Notes under the pieces: generated by a model
What the model was told of the DNA's origin: nothing
Seen by the model: only the letters and a program-made list of their open reading frames with translations
The model's database searches: none
Position numbers and translations under genes: made by a program
DNA from: a bacterium
GTDB taxonomy: Bacteria > Hinthialibacterota > Hinthialibacteria > Hinthialibacterales > Hinthialibacteraceae
Length of the DNA: 39,222 nt
NCBI GenBank assembly: GCA_963663405.2
Contig: CAXXSM010000002.1
Coordinates: 1-39,222 of the forward strand
Reading direction: 5' to 3'
In this document: positions 30,785 to 39,095 of the stretch, in pieces
How positions within the stretch are numbered: position 1 is the stretch's first letter
How the letters are laid out: the number at the start of each line of letters is the position of its first letter

Positions 30785-33028
30785 TCAAGGCGCAGGAGCA
30801 GGCGCAAGTATGTTAGACAGATTCCAGATTTGTATATTCCCATCCGATCCACTAAGTAAAAGCCGTTTGCCATCTGGAGAAAAATCGAGGGCTTGGACCT
30901 CAAGGGCGCTTTGAGGAAAGTTGTATATAAATTGCGTTCCCATTTTCTTCCAGTTGGTCATCCCTGGGTTGGATTGAAGTGGGCCGGTGAGCAGGTCTGT
31001 TCCAACATTTATCACTCCTTGCGGCGTCTCCAAATTCAAAAATATCAACCGGCCTCCATATCCACTGCCCACAAGATATTTCCCATCGGGCGATATCGCA
31101 GCGGAATTTGAGAACTGATTTCTTCCATATTGGATCTCACGTGATTCTTCATTTTCAATCGAAAAGATTTGTAGATATCTGTCGCCAATGCCGGTCAATA
31201 TCGATCGCCCATCTGGAAAGAACAAAAGAGGGGAAGACGATCCAGATATGTACTTTGTTGTGCAAATCAATTCACCGGTTTGGATATCCCATATATTCAC
31301 AATATGCTCTTGTGATCCAGGTTGGTATTTTATTGGTCTAAGTATGACGGCGGCGCTCTCTCCTGTTGGAGATAAGGCGAAAGCCTCTATCGAAAAAGAT
31401 TTTTTCTCCTGAATAGACTCAATGATCTCACCCGTCTCAGCATCCCATATTGTGATATCCCCATCCACCCCCGCGCCGATCACTTTCGAACCATCTCGCG
31501 TCATAACACAGGATCGCAAGTACGATTTATATCCTTTAAACGTCTGGATCTTCTCCCCCGACTGAAGATCCCAAACATAACATTCATTCTTTCGATCCTT
31601 AAACAGGACACCAGGTTTCCCTCTAAACTCACTAAGCAGCCTTTGCCGATCAGAGGAATATCCAAACACACGTTGCGGTTCATTTGTTTTAAGTGAATAG
31701 GTCTCCGTGACGCGCCCCGATTCCAAATCCCGGATATATGTGACACCGGTATCGCTTCCACACAAGATATGGCGCCCATCGGGCATAAACAAAGTGAATT
31801 TCGATGGATTGGAATGCAGTTCGAAGGAGCGGATCACCTTTCCTGTTTCCAACTCTCTAAATGTAAAATCATGTGTCCGCCAATTAAATGTAACAAACTG
31901 CCATCCATCCGGTGAAAACGCCACATGAGAATAAGCGCCGTCAAGTTTCGGATACGCGCAGATACGCGCCCCCGTTTCCGCATCCCACAACGAAGCCTGC
32001 TCCCAGGCGGTCATCACATACTTGCCATCCGGCGAGAATGAGATGTTTTGGTATTGGATTGGTATGGACTGACCTGTGGCCGATTGGATCAAATGGGTTT
32101 CCCGTTCAATCTTACCGTTTGCGTCATTCAAACTTACATCCCACAAAACAAAGGGCTGCGTCGCGCTGGACACGCATTGCGAGAGAATCCGTTTCCCATC
32201 TGGCGAGAACAGAGCGGAAGGCGTCATCAAATTGAGATCGTATGGATGAAACGCAAGTTCGCCCCCCCGTTTGGATAGAATCATACGATTCTTTTCCCAT
32301 TCCCACACAGTCACTGTGTTCCCTTGCGCGCCGCCCACCAGAAGATACCGCCCATCTGGAGTAAACGACAGCGCCGTAATCCCGCCTTCCTGCTCATTAA
32401 GCTGACCGATCCTCTTCCCCGTTTCTGTATCCCAAATCTTCACCCGTCCAACAGCGTCACCCGTAACAAGAAGGCTCCCATCAGGAGAAAACACAAGTTT
32501 TGTGATGGTCGAGTTAAGATACGCGCGGATATGGAAGAGTATTTCCCCGCTTTCTTGTTCCCATAGCGTCAGAGTTCCTCCATCATTTCCCTGCGCCAGA
32601 AGCCGGCTATCCGGTGAAAACGCCAATGCATTGGGTATATCATCCTGATTCCGCAGCCATTTCAATAACCGGGGCGGATCTTCCGTGATATCCCAGATAA
32701 AAACGCCCATATTGCAACCCGTAACAAGGCGATCCCAATCGGGAGAAAAAGTGAACGTCAAAATCATTCCCAAGCGGAGAATCGTTCCTTTCGAATCCAC
32801 TTTGATGGGATACTCCAACGAATCGAGTACGGAAAGTCCACTTCGATCAATGGCCGTTTCCCAAACTGGCGGCGGAGATACAACAACGCCCGGTGGATTT
32901 TGTTCTGGTTTAAAAAAAACGATTACGGCGAAAAGTATAAAAACAATGATGAATACAATTCCTGCGCCGGTCATAAACGTCTGCGGAGTAAGTCTTCGCT
33001 GGAAAAAAAGATACCGATTTTTACGCAT
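30785..33028 (-). CDS. Membrane-anchored WD40 beta-propeller protein W2
   Basis: MRKNRYLFFQRRLTPQTF, TM helix, WD40 repeats. GAGGAGG SD. Confidence 0.9.
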   Translation of the reverse strand: MRKNRYLFFQRRLTPQTFMTGAGIVFIIVFILFAVIVFFKPEQNPPGVVVSPPPVWETAIDRSGLSVLDSLEYPIKVDSKGTILRLGMILTFTFSPDWDRLVTGCNMGVFIWDITEDPPRLLKWLRNQDDIPNALAFSPDSRLLAQGNDGGTLTLWEQESGEILFHIRAYLNSTITKLVFSPDGSLLVTGDAVGRVKIWDTETGKRIGQLNEQEGGITALSFTPDGRYLLVGGAQGNTVTVWEWEKNRMILSKRGGELAFHPYDLNLMTPSALFSPDGKRILSQCVSSATQPFVLWDVSLNDANGKIERETHLIQSATGQSIPIQYQNISFSPDGKYVMTAWEQASLWDAETGARICAYPKLDGAYSHVAFSPDGWQFVTFNWRTHDFTFRELETGKVIRSFELHSNPSKFTLFMPDGRHILCGSDTGVTYIRDLESGRVTETYSLKTNEPQRVFGYSSDRQRLLSEFRGKPGVLFKDRKNECYVWDLQSGEKIQTFKGYKSYLRSCVMTRDGSKVIGAGVDGDITIWDAETGEIIESIQEKKSFSIEAFALSPTGESAAVILRPIKYQPGSQEHIVNIWDIQTGELICTTKYISGSSSPLLFFPDGRSILTGIGDRYLQIFSIENEESREIQYGRNQFSNSAAISPDGKYLVGSGYGGRLIFLNLETPQGVINVGTDLLTGPLQSNPGMTNWKKMGTQFIYNFPQSALEVQALDFSPDGKRLLLSGSDGNIQIWNLSNILAPAPAP

Positions 33029-33111
33029 GGTTCATTCCTCCTCATTACATAAACGCGCGATAGTTGATTTATGTTTATTTTGAGAGAATGAATGCGGATG
33101 GATTGATCCAG

Positions 33112-35370
33112 TTATTGATGGATTGTATCTGTCGAGCTGAGGATAAGATGATCGGATAGATTCCAAATTCGAATCGTCCCATCATTGCCGCCGATTAAAA
33201 GTAATTTCCCATCCGGCGATAGATCGTAGCTACTAACGTTCGAAACGTTATGGGGAAATTCACCGATTTTTCGATACTTCTCTAAATCCCAAGCTATCAC
33301 ACGGCGATTCGATCCATACATTACTTCTACGAGGATTTTTTGATCGGAGTTTATTCCCGAATGGCGGGGACGAAGCAGCGCACCAATCATATTCCGTATT
33401 TCTGTCATTTCGATCTGAATTTCTCGTGTAGTTCCACTTTCTATATCGATAAAATCAAGAGTATTTCTATCATCATAAAAAGAAATAATGGATTTCCCAT
33501 CGGGAGATAAATTAATTCGTGGAAACATTTCATTAACTGGTCGATCTAATTTTATTGATCGCACAAACTTCCCCGTATGAGTATCCCAAAAATGAATGGT
33601 TTCAGATCCGATCGTAATAATAGCGGCAAAATCAGTGATGGAAGATCTAATAATTTCTTGCATGTCCTGATTCGGATTCTCCGTATTAATCTTACCACTA
33701 CTCCAATCAGTGAGTTGGTCGTGGTTTGAGGTTGTATTTCTACCCGTTTCAAGATCCCATATTGTTACTTCTCCACGTCCTGCGCTGCAAATCAGTTTCG
33801 AACCATCTTTTGAGAAAACGCCGTAATACAAACGGGGAGTAATTCCATCCAACGAACATACATTTTCTCCTGTCTCAACATTCCAAACATTACCCACCTT
33901 ATTGTAAATCCTATATTGTTTATCGTATGACTGCGTAAGGAGCCATTTCCGGTCAGAAGAATAGTTGACCGTCAATTGCCTATTTTTTGTGCTCAAGAAT
34001 GAGTGGCCTGTGATGCGGCCGGACTCAATATCCCAGAAAATTGTTTCACCGTATTGCGTGCCAGTCATCACGCGCTGGTTATCCGGCATGAAATAGATAT
34101 AGGGCGAGTTCTTCGAATGAAGATAAAACGAACGGATCACCTCCCCCGTTTCCAGCGCTCTGAATTGAAACAGATTCGCTTGCGGATGATACGTGAAAAT
34201 TCGCTGACCATCCGGGGAACACGCTAAATACGAGATCGCGCCGCGCTCTTCCTGAATCGAACGGATAGGCGCGCCGGTATGCGCGTCCCATATATCGATC
34301 CGTTCCCAAGCGGTCAAAATCATCTGACCATCCGGCGAAAACACAGCGTTCTGAAATTGGATTAATCCATCGGTATCGGTAGCGGATCGCAGCAAATGCG
34401 TTTCCCCTTTGATCTCACTCCCATTTTCGAATAGATTCACATCCCACACAACAATCGGTTGAGTCGCTTGAGAGGAACATCTTGAGAGAATCCGCTTGCC
34501 ATCAGGTGAAAACATCGCGGATGGTGTCTTCACATCAAACGTTTTTGGAAACACTATGTTCTGATACTGCCTGGGTAGAATAAACGTTTCCGGAGACACT
34601 AAGCTCTGATACTGCCTGGGTAGAATCAACGCTTCCTTGGCTAAATCCCAAACGGTCATCGTGCTTGAAAGGTCGCTGGTGACCAGGATATAGCGTCCAT
34701 CCGGAGAAAAAGAGAGCCCGGATATCGCGCTGCTAGTATATCGAAACTTTCCCATCTGGCTGCCCGCGGCTACGTCCCAAATCATCACACATCCCGAACT
34801 ATCGCCTGTGGCCATCTGTTTTCCATCGGGAGAAAACGCAAGTTGTAAAATAGCGGCGCCAATATTCGCGCGAATGTGAAAGAGCGATTCTCCACTCTCC
34901 AACTCCCAAAGAGTCAGGGAACCTTTCGCGTTCCCCTGCGCCAGGCGCCGGCCATCAGGCGAAAACGCAAGCGAACTGGGCACGTCGTTCTCATTCCGGA
35001 ACCATTTCAAGGGCATGGGATCTTTTCCCGAAATATCCCATACAAATACACCCAAAACGCTCCCCGTAGCGAGGCGCTTCCAATCCGGAGAAAGAGCAAA
35101 CGCTGAAAGATCCCCCAAACCGAGAAGGATCTCCCCTTCGGAGCCGCGAATGGGATACTCAAGCGTATCCATCACGGAGAGTTCACCTCGATCGATTTCC
35201 ATCCCCCGTTCCGGTGGATACACAACCAAAGGGGGACGCTCTTTTTTCGTTTTAAACAGTGTTATGCCAACAAGAAGAAAAAAAAGAACGGCTGAAACAA
35301 CACAAACACCTGTAATGAACGTCCGTGGATCAAGCTTTCGCCGAAAAATATAATAGAAGATTCTACGCAT
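33112..35370 (-). CDS. Membrane-anchored WD40 beta-propeller protein W1
   Basis: MRRIFYYIFRRKLDPRTF, TM helix, WD40 repeats. Confidence 0.9.
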   Translation of the reverse strand: MRRIFYYIFRRKLDPRTFITGVCVVSAVLFFLLVGITLFKTKKERPPLVVYPPERGMEIDRGELSVMDTLEYPIRGSEGEILLGLGDLSAFALSPDWKRLATGSVLGVFVWDISGKDPMPLKWFRNENDVPSSLAFSPDGRRLAQGNAKGSLTLWELESGESLFHIRANIGAAILQLAFSPDGKQMATGDSSGCVMIWDVAAGSQMGKFRYTSSAISGLSFSPDGRYILVTSDLSSTMTVWDLAKEALILPRQYQSLVSPETFILPRQYQNIVFPKTFDVKTPSAMFSPDGKRILSRCSSQATQPIVVWDVNLFENGSEIKGETHLLRSATDTDGLIQFQNAVFSPDGQMILTAWERIDIWDAHTGAPIRSIQEERGAISYLACSPDGQRIFTYHPQANLFQFRALETGEVIRSFYLHSKNSPYIYFMPDNQRVMTGTQYGETIFWDIESGRITGHSFLSTKNRQLTVNYSSDRKWLLTQSYDKQYRIYNKVGNVWNVETGENVCSLDGITPRLYYGVFSKDGSKLICSAGRGEVTIWDLETGRNTTSNHDQLTDWSSGKINTENPNQDMQEIIRSSITDFAAIITIGSETIHFWDTHTGKFVRSIKLDRPVNEMFPRINLSPDGKSIISFYDDRNTLDFIDIESGTTREIQIEMTEIRNMIGALLRPRHSGINSDQKILVEVMYGSNRRVIAWDLEKYRKIGEFPHNVSNVSSYDLSPDGKLLLIGGNDGTIRIWNLSDHLILSSTDTIHQ
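34537..34626. repeat. 45-bp in-frame tandem duplication inside W1
   Basis: 34537-34581 vs 34582-34626, 40/45 identical. Encodes ILPRQYQSLVSPETF / ILPRQYQNIVFPKTF. Confidence 0.9.
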
Positions 35371-35593
35371 GGATTCCCCCCAAAACTGTTTTCACGCATC
35401 TAACAAGAAGAGTATCACAAAAAAAATATCCTATCGATCAAATCTGCGCATTTATTGATGGACTAACACAAGGCAGGCAAGCGTCATTTGCTGATACTAT
35501 GCGGTATTCATATAATCCTGTGAATCCTGGCCATCCAGATTCAGACGAAAAAAATATCAAGTAATCAGTTGTGAAATTTAGGGGATATTCGTA

Positions 35594-35986
35594 TCAATCA
35601 ATTTTTTCTTTGCGCCGTTTTTTCACCATCCGGCGGATTTCTTTCAGATCCTCATCGCTCCAGTCTGGATAGTCGATGAAATGTTGAAACATATTCAGTG
35701 GATCGCCTTGGAACACATCGTCAATGAAAGACCGCAGCGAACGGGCGCTTTCTTCCTCCCGCGTCAGGACGGGGATGTAAATATAGTTTTTCCCTTTTCG
35801 ATTGTGTTTCAACCAGCCTTTTTTTTCGAGTTTCTGCATAGAAGAGAGGATCGTGGTATAGGCGAGATCTCGTTTCTTTTTCAACATCTCGCGCACTTCA
35901 TGAACTGGGCCGCCCCCCATATCCCATAGGATTTCCATAATCTCCCGTTGTAAATCACCGAGTTCCGCAATCGATTTTTTCTTCAT
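35594..35986 (-). CDS. BlaI/MecI/CopY-family transcriptional repressor
   Basis: LGDLQREIMEILW...LAYTTILSSMQKLEKKGWLKH...GKNYIYIPVLTREE...FIDDVFQG...LKEIRRMV. Confidence 0.92.
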   Translation of the reverse strand: MKKKSIAELGDLQREIMEILWDMGGGPVHEVREMLKKKRDLAYTTILSSMQKLEKKGWLKHNRKGKNYIYIPVLTREEESARSLRSFIDDVFQGDPLNMFQHFIDYPDWSDEDLKEIRRMVKKRRKEKID

Positions 35987-36022
35987 CGATTTCCTCCCCC
36001 CGCATTTACGTGACCATATTAC

Positions 36023-36059
36023 TACTAACCATAGTATTACATAACATATATAAATTCAA
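36023..36059 (-). promoter_or_regulatory. Promoter and probable autoregulatory operator of the BlaI-like gene
   Basis: Minus strand TTGAAT (36059-36054), 17 bp spacer, TACTAT (36036-36031). Palindrome TACTA-ACCA-TAGTA (36023-36036) overlaps the -10. Confidence 0.6.
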
Positions 36060-36167
36060 GTTACTCCATTTTAACAGATCGTCAAGCATTAGAAATCTGT
36101 TTTAACAGAAAATAAAGATTCGCTACGTATCACTATGAGATGCTTTTTTAGAATACCATTTGAGTCA

Positions 36168-36216
36168 TAATTCCGATATTCTTACTGGACGGATCTTCAA
36201 GTCTACAGGGAATTAT
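36168..36216 (+). repeat. 49-bp copy of part of the antitoxin gene
   Basis: 46/49 identical to 36749-36797. Confidence 0.9.
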
Positions 36217-36325
36217 ACTGAGCGCGGGCATAATCTGAGCTTTTCAATCCATATTTAACTTTCAACGGGGCTTGTTTCTGGTAATGAGAAACGCAGATTA
36301 TGATCGCACAGGGTATATATCAAGC

Positions 36326-36417
36326 AGCTGGGTAGCAAGGGGAAGGCTTTTTTCTCCCCTTGCATAATTTCCGGAACGTAGCCAGGGCAGAAAAAAGCCT
36401 TGCCCTGGGCACCCGCT
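36326..36417. repeat. Second type of inverted REP-like hairpin doublet
   Basis: GCAAGGGGA-AGGCTTTTTTC-TCCCCTTGC and the inverted homologue CCAGGGCA-GAAAAAAGCCT-TGCCCTGG. AAGGCTTTTTTCT / AGAAAAAAGCCTT is a perfect 13-bp inverted repeat. Confidence 0.65.
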
Positions 36418-36492
36418 AATACATTATTCACTAGATGAATCTCATATTCTTCTAAAAAGTTTACATCATCTTCCAATACTCAATCCGCACTA

Positions 36493-36533
36493 TTGTCGCA
36501 AGCAATTGACTTTCAGAGCGACAAATCTATACT
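36493..36533 (+). promoter_or_regulatory. Toxin-antitoxin promoter with inverted-repeat operator
   Basis: TTGACT (36506-36511), 16 bp spacer, TATACT (36528-36533). TTGTCGC (36493-36499) and GCGACAA (36518-36524) flank the -35. Confidence 0.6.
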
Positions 36534-36566
36534 AAAAAATGGTGAAAATATGAGGAGATCAAACCC

Positions 36567-36848
36567 ATGAGCAATGTTCAGGAATCTCGAATCAATGTAC
36601 GAATCAAAGGTCCTATGGCCGAATACGTTGAACGGAACATTGGGCCGCAAGGTTTATATGAAAATCAAAGTGAATACATACGCGATTTAATCCGGCACGA
36701 CATGGAAGATTCTATGTTGAAAGAAATGACCGAAGTTTTGCGTGAAAGTAATTCCGATATTCTTGCTGGACGCATCTTCAAGTCTACAGGAAATTATTAC
36801 GAAGATAAGAAGATATTTGAAGAAAAAGAAAAGAATGGTTGGGTTTGA
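36567..36848 (+). CDS. Ribbon-helix-helix antitoxin (ParD/CopG-like)
   Basis: RINVRI...YVERNIG..GLYENQSEYIRDLIRHD, the ParD-like RHH signature. Lies directly upstream of a toxin-like ORF. Confidence 0.85.
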   Translation: MSNVQESRINVRIKGPMAEYVERNIGPQGLYENQSEYIRDLIRHDMEDSMLKEMTEVLRESNSDILAGRIFKSTGNYYEDKKIFEEKEKNGWV

Positions 36849-36851
36849 TCC

Positions 36852-37220
36852 TTGACTGATTATTACATCACACGGCGTATGTTTCGGCAGCTTCATGAGA
36901 TTGAAGAAAGATCGGAGCAAAATTTCGGTCATACACAGACCGAAATATACATGGCCAAGATCTATAATGGATTTGAGAACGCAGCCAATAATCCACACTG
37001 TGATGAAATCCGATTCGACCGATCAAAACCATTTTTGATGCAACCGGCCGGAGGAAATCATTTTGCCATTTATCATCGTTTTAAGGATTATATTGTAATC
37101 GGCGCCATCTTCGGCCAGGAAATGAATATTGAAAAAAAACTATCCAGACTTAAAAGCCGTTTAGCTCGTGAGATCGATGATATGCACAAGGAGATTAATG
37201 CGAGAACCGGTGATAAATAA
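36852..37220 (+). CDS. RelE/ParE-family toxin
   Basis: YYIT...LHEIEERSEQNFGHTQTEIYMAKI...AANNP...HFAIYHR...IVIGAIFGQEMNI fits the ParE layout. 3 bp gap after the antitoxin. Confidence 0.8.
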   Translation: MTDYYITRRMFRQLHEIEERSEQNFGHTQTEIYMAKIYNGFENAANNPHCDEIRFDRSKPFLMQPAGGNHFAIYHRFKDYIVIGAIFGQEMNIEKKLSRLKSRLAREIDDMHKEINARTGDK

Positions 37221-37322
37221 GAATTATAGGACTAAACGCATTCAAACAATATAATTCATGGACAATTAAAACATCCAGGAGATATAAACATATTCCTCTG
37301 GATTTCTATGAACAGTTTAGTA

Positions 37323-38624
37323 TCAATCCTTAATCGGCCGCACAACATTCAATCCCATCTGCACATCTCCCATACTCTTATTCTGCACTTGCATCGTTCC
37401 AACGAAATGATTGGCCATGATGACGGCGGTTTGCACATCTGGACCGAGGTAGATCTGCTTCTTCGGCCGGACAAAATGGCAGGAAGAGACCTGGACCTCG
37501 CCTCCTTCAATCTGAAGAGCGGGCGCGTTTTTATCCTTTTTCGCCGCCCAATCGTCGAAATTACATTGTTGGAACGAAACATATCCCTGACCGCGGATCA
37601 ACGCGCATTGATGCGCCGGTCCCCAGAACGAGCAGTTATTCAATTGAACAACACCTCGAAACGACTCGGTGGTGACGAGTTCCGTTGGATCGTCTCCTCC
37701 GTTGAATGTGACGAATTCACCGTTGGTAATTAGAAGTCCGGGCGGTTGTGTCGCTTCAACCCATAGGCCGTACCGCCCCCCATCGGCGCCGATGCCCAGG
37801 AAATTCCCGTTACAGGCGCCATTTTCTGTTTTAATGAATTTATAACATTTATCAAAACCAAACGCGAAGGTGTTGAGCACGTATTCCCAATCCGTTCTGC
37901 CGAAGATGAAGCATTCCGTATGCGCGTTGAGATAGTCGATCAACGCGCCCATGTTTTTGATTTTCCGATCACCAGGAACGGCGGAACGGGCCCAATAATG
38001 AGGATTGAAGTGAACGTTTTCAATCCGTCCGATATCCGTACAGTTGTTGATGTAAATCCCGCGCCGCAACACCGTTCCAAAGACATTGCGGATCAGATGT
38101 AATTCATGATGGCGGGAACCGAAGTCGATTCCCTGGTACGCGTTCACAAGGGTAATATCGAGAACCGTGCCATGCATGCCGCCTTTTGTCTGAATCGCCC
38201 AGGGATATGGGACAATGTCCGGAAACCGCTGTTCAGGATAATAAATCGTTAATCCCTGCACAGTCGAACTGGGGGAAAGTTGGATCAATCCCGGCCCGTC
38301 TTCTTCCCCCCGATGTCCGATGGCGTGTATAACTGTGCCCCAGATTTGATCGGAGTGATGCGGCGCCTGCCAAACGCCCCGCAACGTTACACCCGATGGA
38401 ATGACAATGGATCCTTCAATACGGTACGTCCCGGCGGGAAGACACACTTCCCCTCCACCCGCTTTCCCCGCTTCGTCCAACGCCTTTTGGATGGAAGGTC
38501 CGTCATCGGTTTTTCCATCGCCTTTTGCGCCAAAATCCGCCGCGTTCCAAGACATGGCGGATGCAGGATGCCCAACGACGCAAACCATCGCTGCCACGGC
38601 CAAACAAATCATCGATACTCTCAT
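37323..38624 (-). CDS. Secreted pectin-lyase-fold (pectate_lyase_3 / GH28-related) beta-helix protein
   Basis: Signal peptide (…HPASA), then NAADFGAKGDGKTDDGPSIQKALD...GGGEVCLPAGTY, followed by beta-helix-like repeats. Confidence 0.85.
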   Translation of the reverse strand: MRVSMICLAVAAMVCVVGHPASAMSWNAADFGAKGDGKTDDGPSIQKALDEAGKAGGGEVCLPAGTYRIEGSIVIPSGVTLRGVWQAPHHSDQIWGTVIHAIGHRGEEDGPGLIQLSPSSTVQGLTIYYPEQRFPDIVPYPWAIQTKGGMHGTVLDITLVNAYQGIDFGSRHHELHLIRNVFGTVLRRGIYINNCTDIGRIENVHFNPHYWARSAVPGDRKIKNMGALIDYLNAHTECFIFGRTDWEYVLNTFAFGFDKCYKFIKTENGACNGNFLGIGADGGRYGLWVEATQPPGLLITNGEFVTFNGGDDPTELVTTESFRGVVQLNNCSFWGPAHQCALIRGQGYVSFQQCNFDDWAAKKDKNAPALQIEGGEVQVSSCHFVRPKKQIYLGPDVQTAVIMANHFVGTMQVQNKSMGDVQMGLNVVRPIKD

Positions 38625-38687
38625 TCGTCAATCTCCTTTCGTCCCGTTCCTTGATATTTTTCTCGATCACGGGATACTCTTCCTATC

Positions 38688-38969
38688 ATGCCGGATGAAT
38701 CCATACAACAATTCGATCCCGCGCGGGATGGGAACGATCTGCCATCCCGTATTATTTCTTGTGATAAGGTCTCTATGCAAGAGGAAGGCCGTGTCCTTAC
38801 GCTTTTTCTTTCCAGCAAAACCACTCTCAATGAGCAGGAAATCGGTCGAATCTTAATTGTAAGCGGTAAATGTCACAGTCAGGGAAAGCGCTGTATTCTG
38901 CGCTGCTCCAAATTAGTGGCGGAGCAGCTGACCGCGTTGGGATTGCATCGAATCCTCTGGCTGGAATAG
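38688..38969 (+). CDS. Small hypothetical protein, possibly STAS-like
   Basis: 93 aa. EIGRILIVSGKCHSQGKRCIL...VAEQLTALGLHRIL resembles the C-terminal half of STAS domains, but the canonical DSSG motif is absent. Confidence 0.5.
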   Translation: MPDESIQQFDPARDGNDLPSRIISCDKVSMQEEGRVLTLFLSSKTTLNEQEIGRILIVSGKCHSQGKRCILRCSKLVAEQLTALGLHRILWLE

Positions 38970-39095
38970 CAAGTAGACGCACTGTATGAATTCACCTGCC
39001 ATCCATTTGGAAAAGAAAATAGAAAGAAATATTTTAAACGTGCGCTTCGTATAAATATAGAGATTTTTTTATTTGCGATGGGTGAAGATTGAACA

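Noticed and set aside
30766-30903. Extended N-termini of W3 (and similarly W7, W9 and GH38) in the ORF track
   Set aside because: Paralog alignment and SD positions place the starts at 30765, 21797, 17423 and 12086.
15225-35370. Integron cassette array, shufflon or DGR as the source of WD40 diversity
   Set aside because: No integrase, recombinase or reverse transcriptase in the window. Spacers are short and lack attC-like palindromes, all genes are co-oriented, and no template/variable repeat pair is visible.
15225-35370. Assembly artefact producing repeated WD40 genes
   Set aside because: The copies are heavily diverged with distinct indels. Misassembly would give near-identical copies.
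15225-35370. NLR/STAND-type defence proteins
   Set aside because: No P-loop NTPase, TIR, caspase or kinase domain. Each protein is only a TM anchor plus WD40 repeats.
35491-35510. Second BlaI-type operator upstream of W1 (ATACTATGCGGTAT)
   Set aside because: Only one half-site matches TACTA-N4-TAGTA, which is too weak to call.
36255-36476. 73-aa minus-strand ORF
   Set aside because: It runs through the REP-like doublet (its KAFF/KKAF words come from the repeat) and has no recognisable motif.
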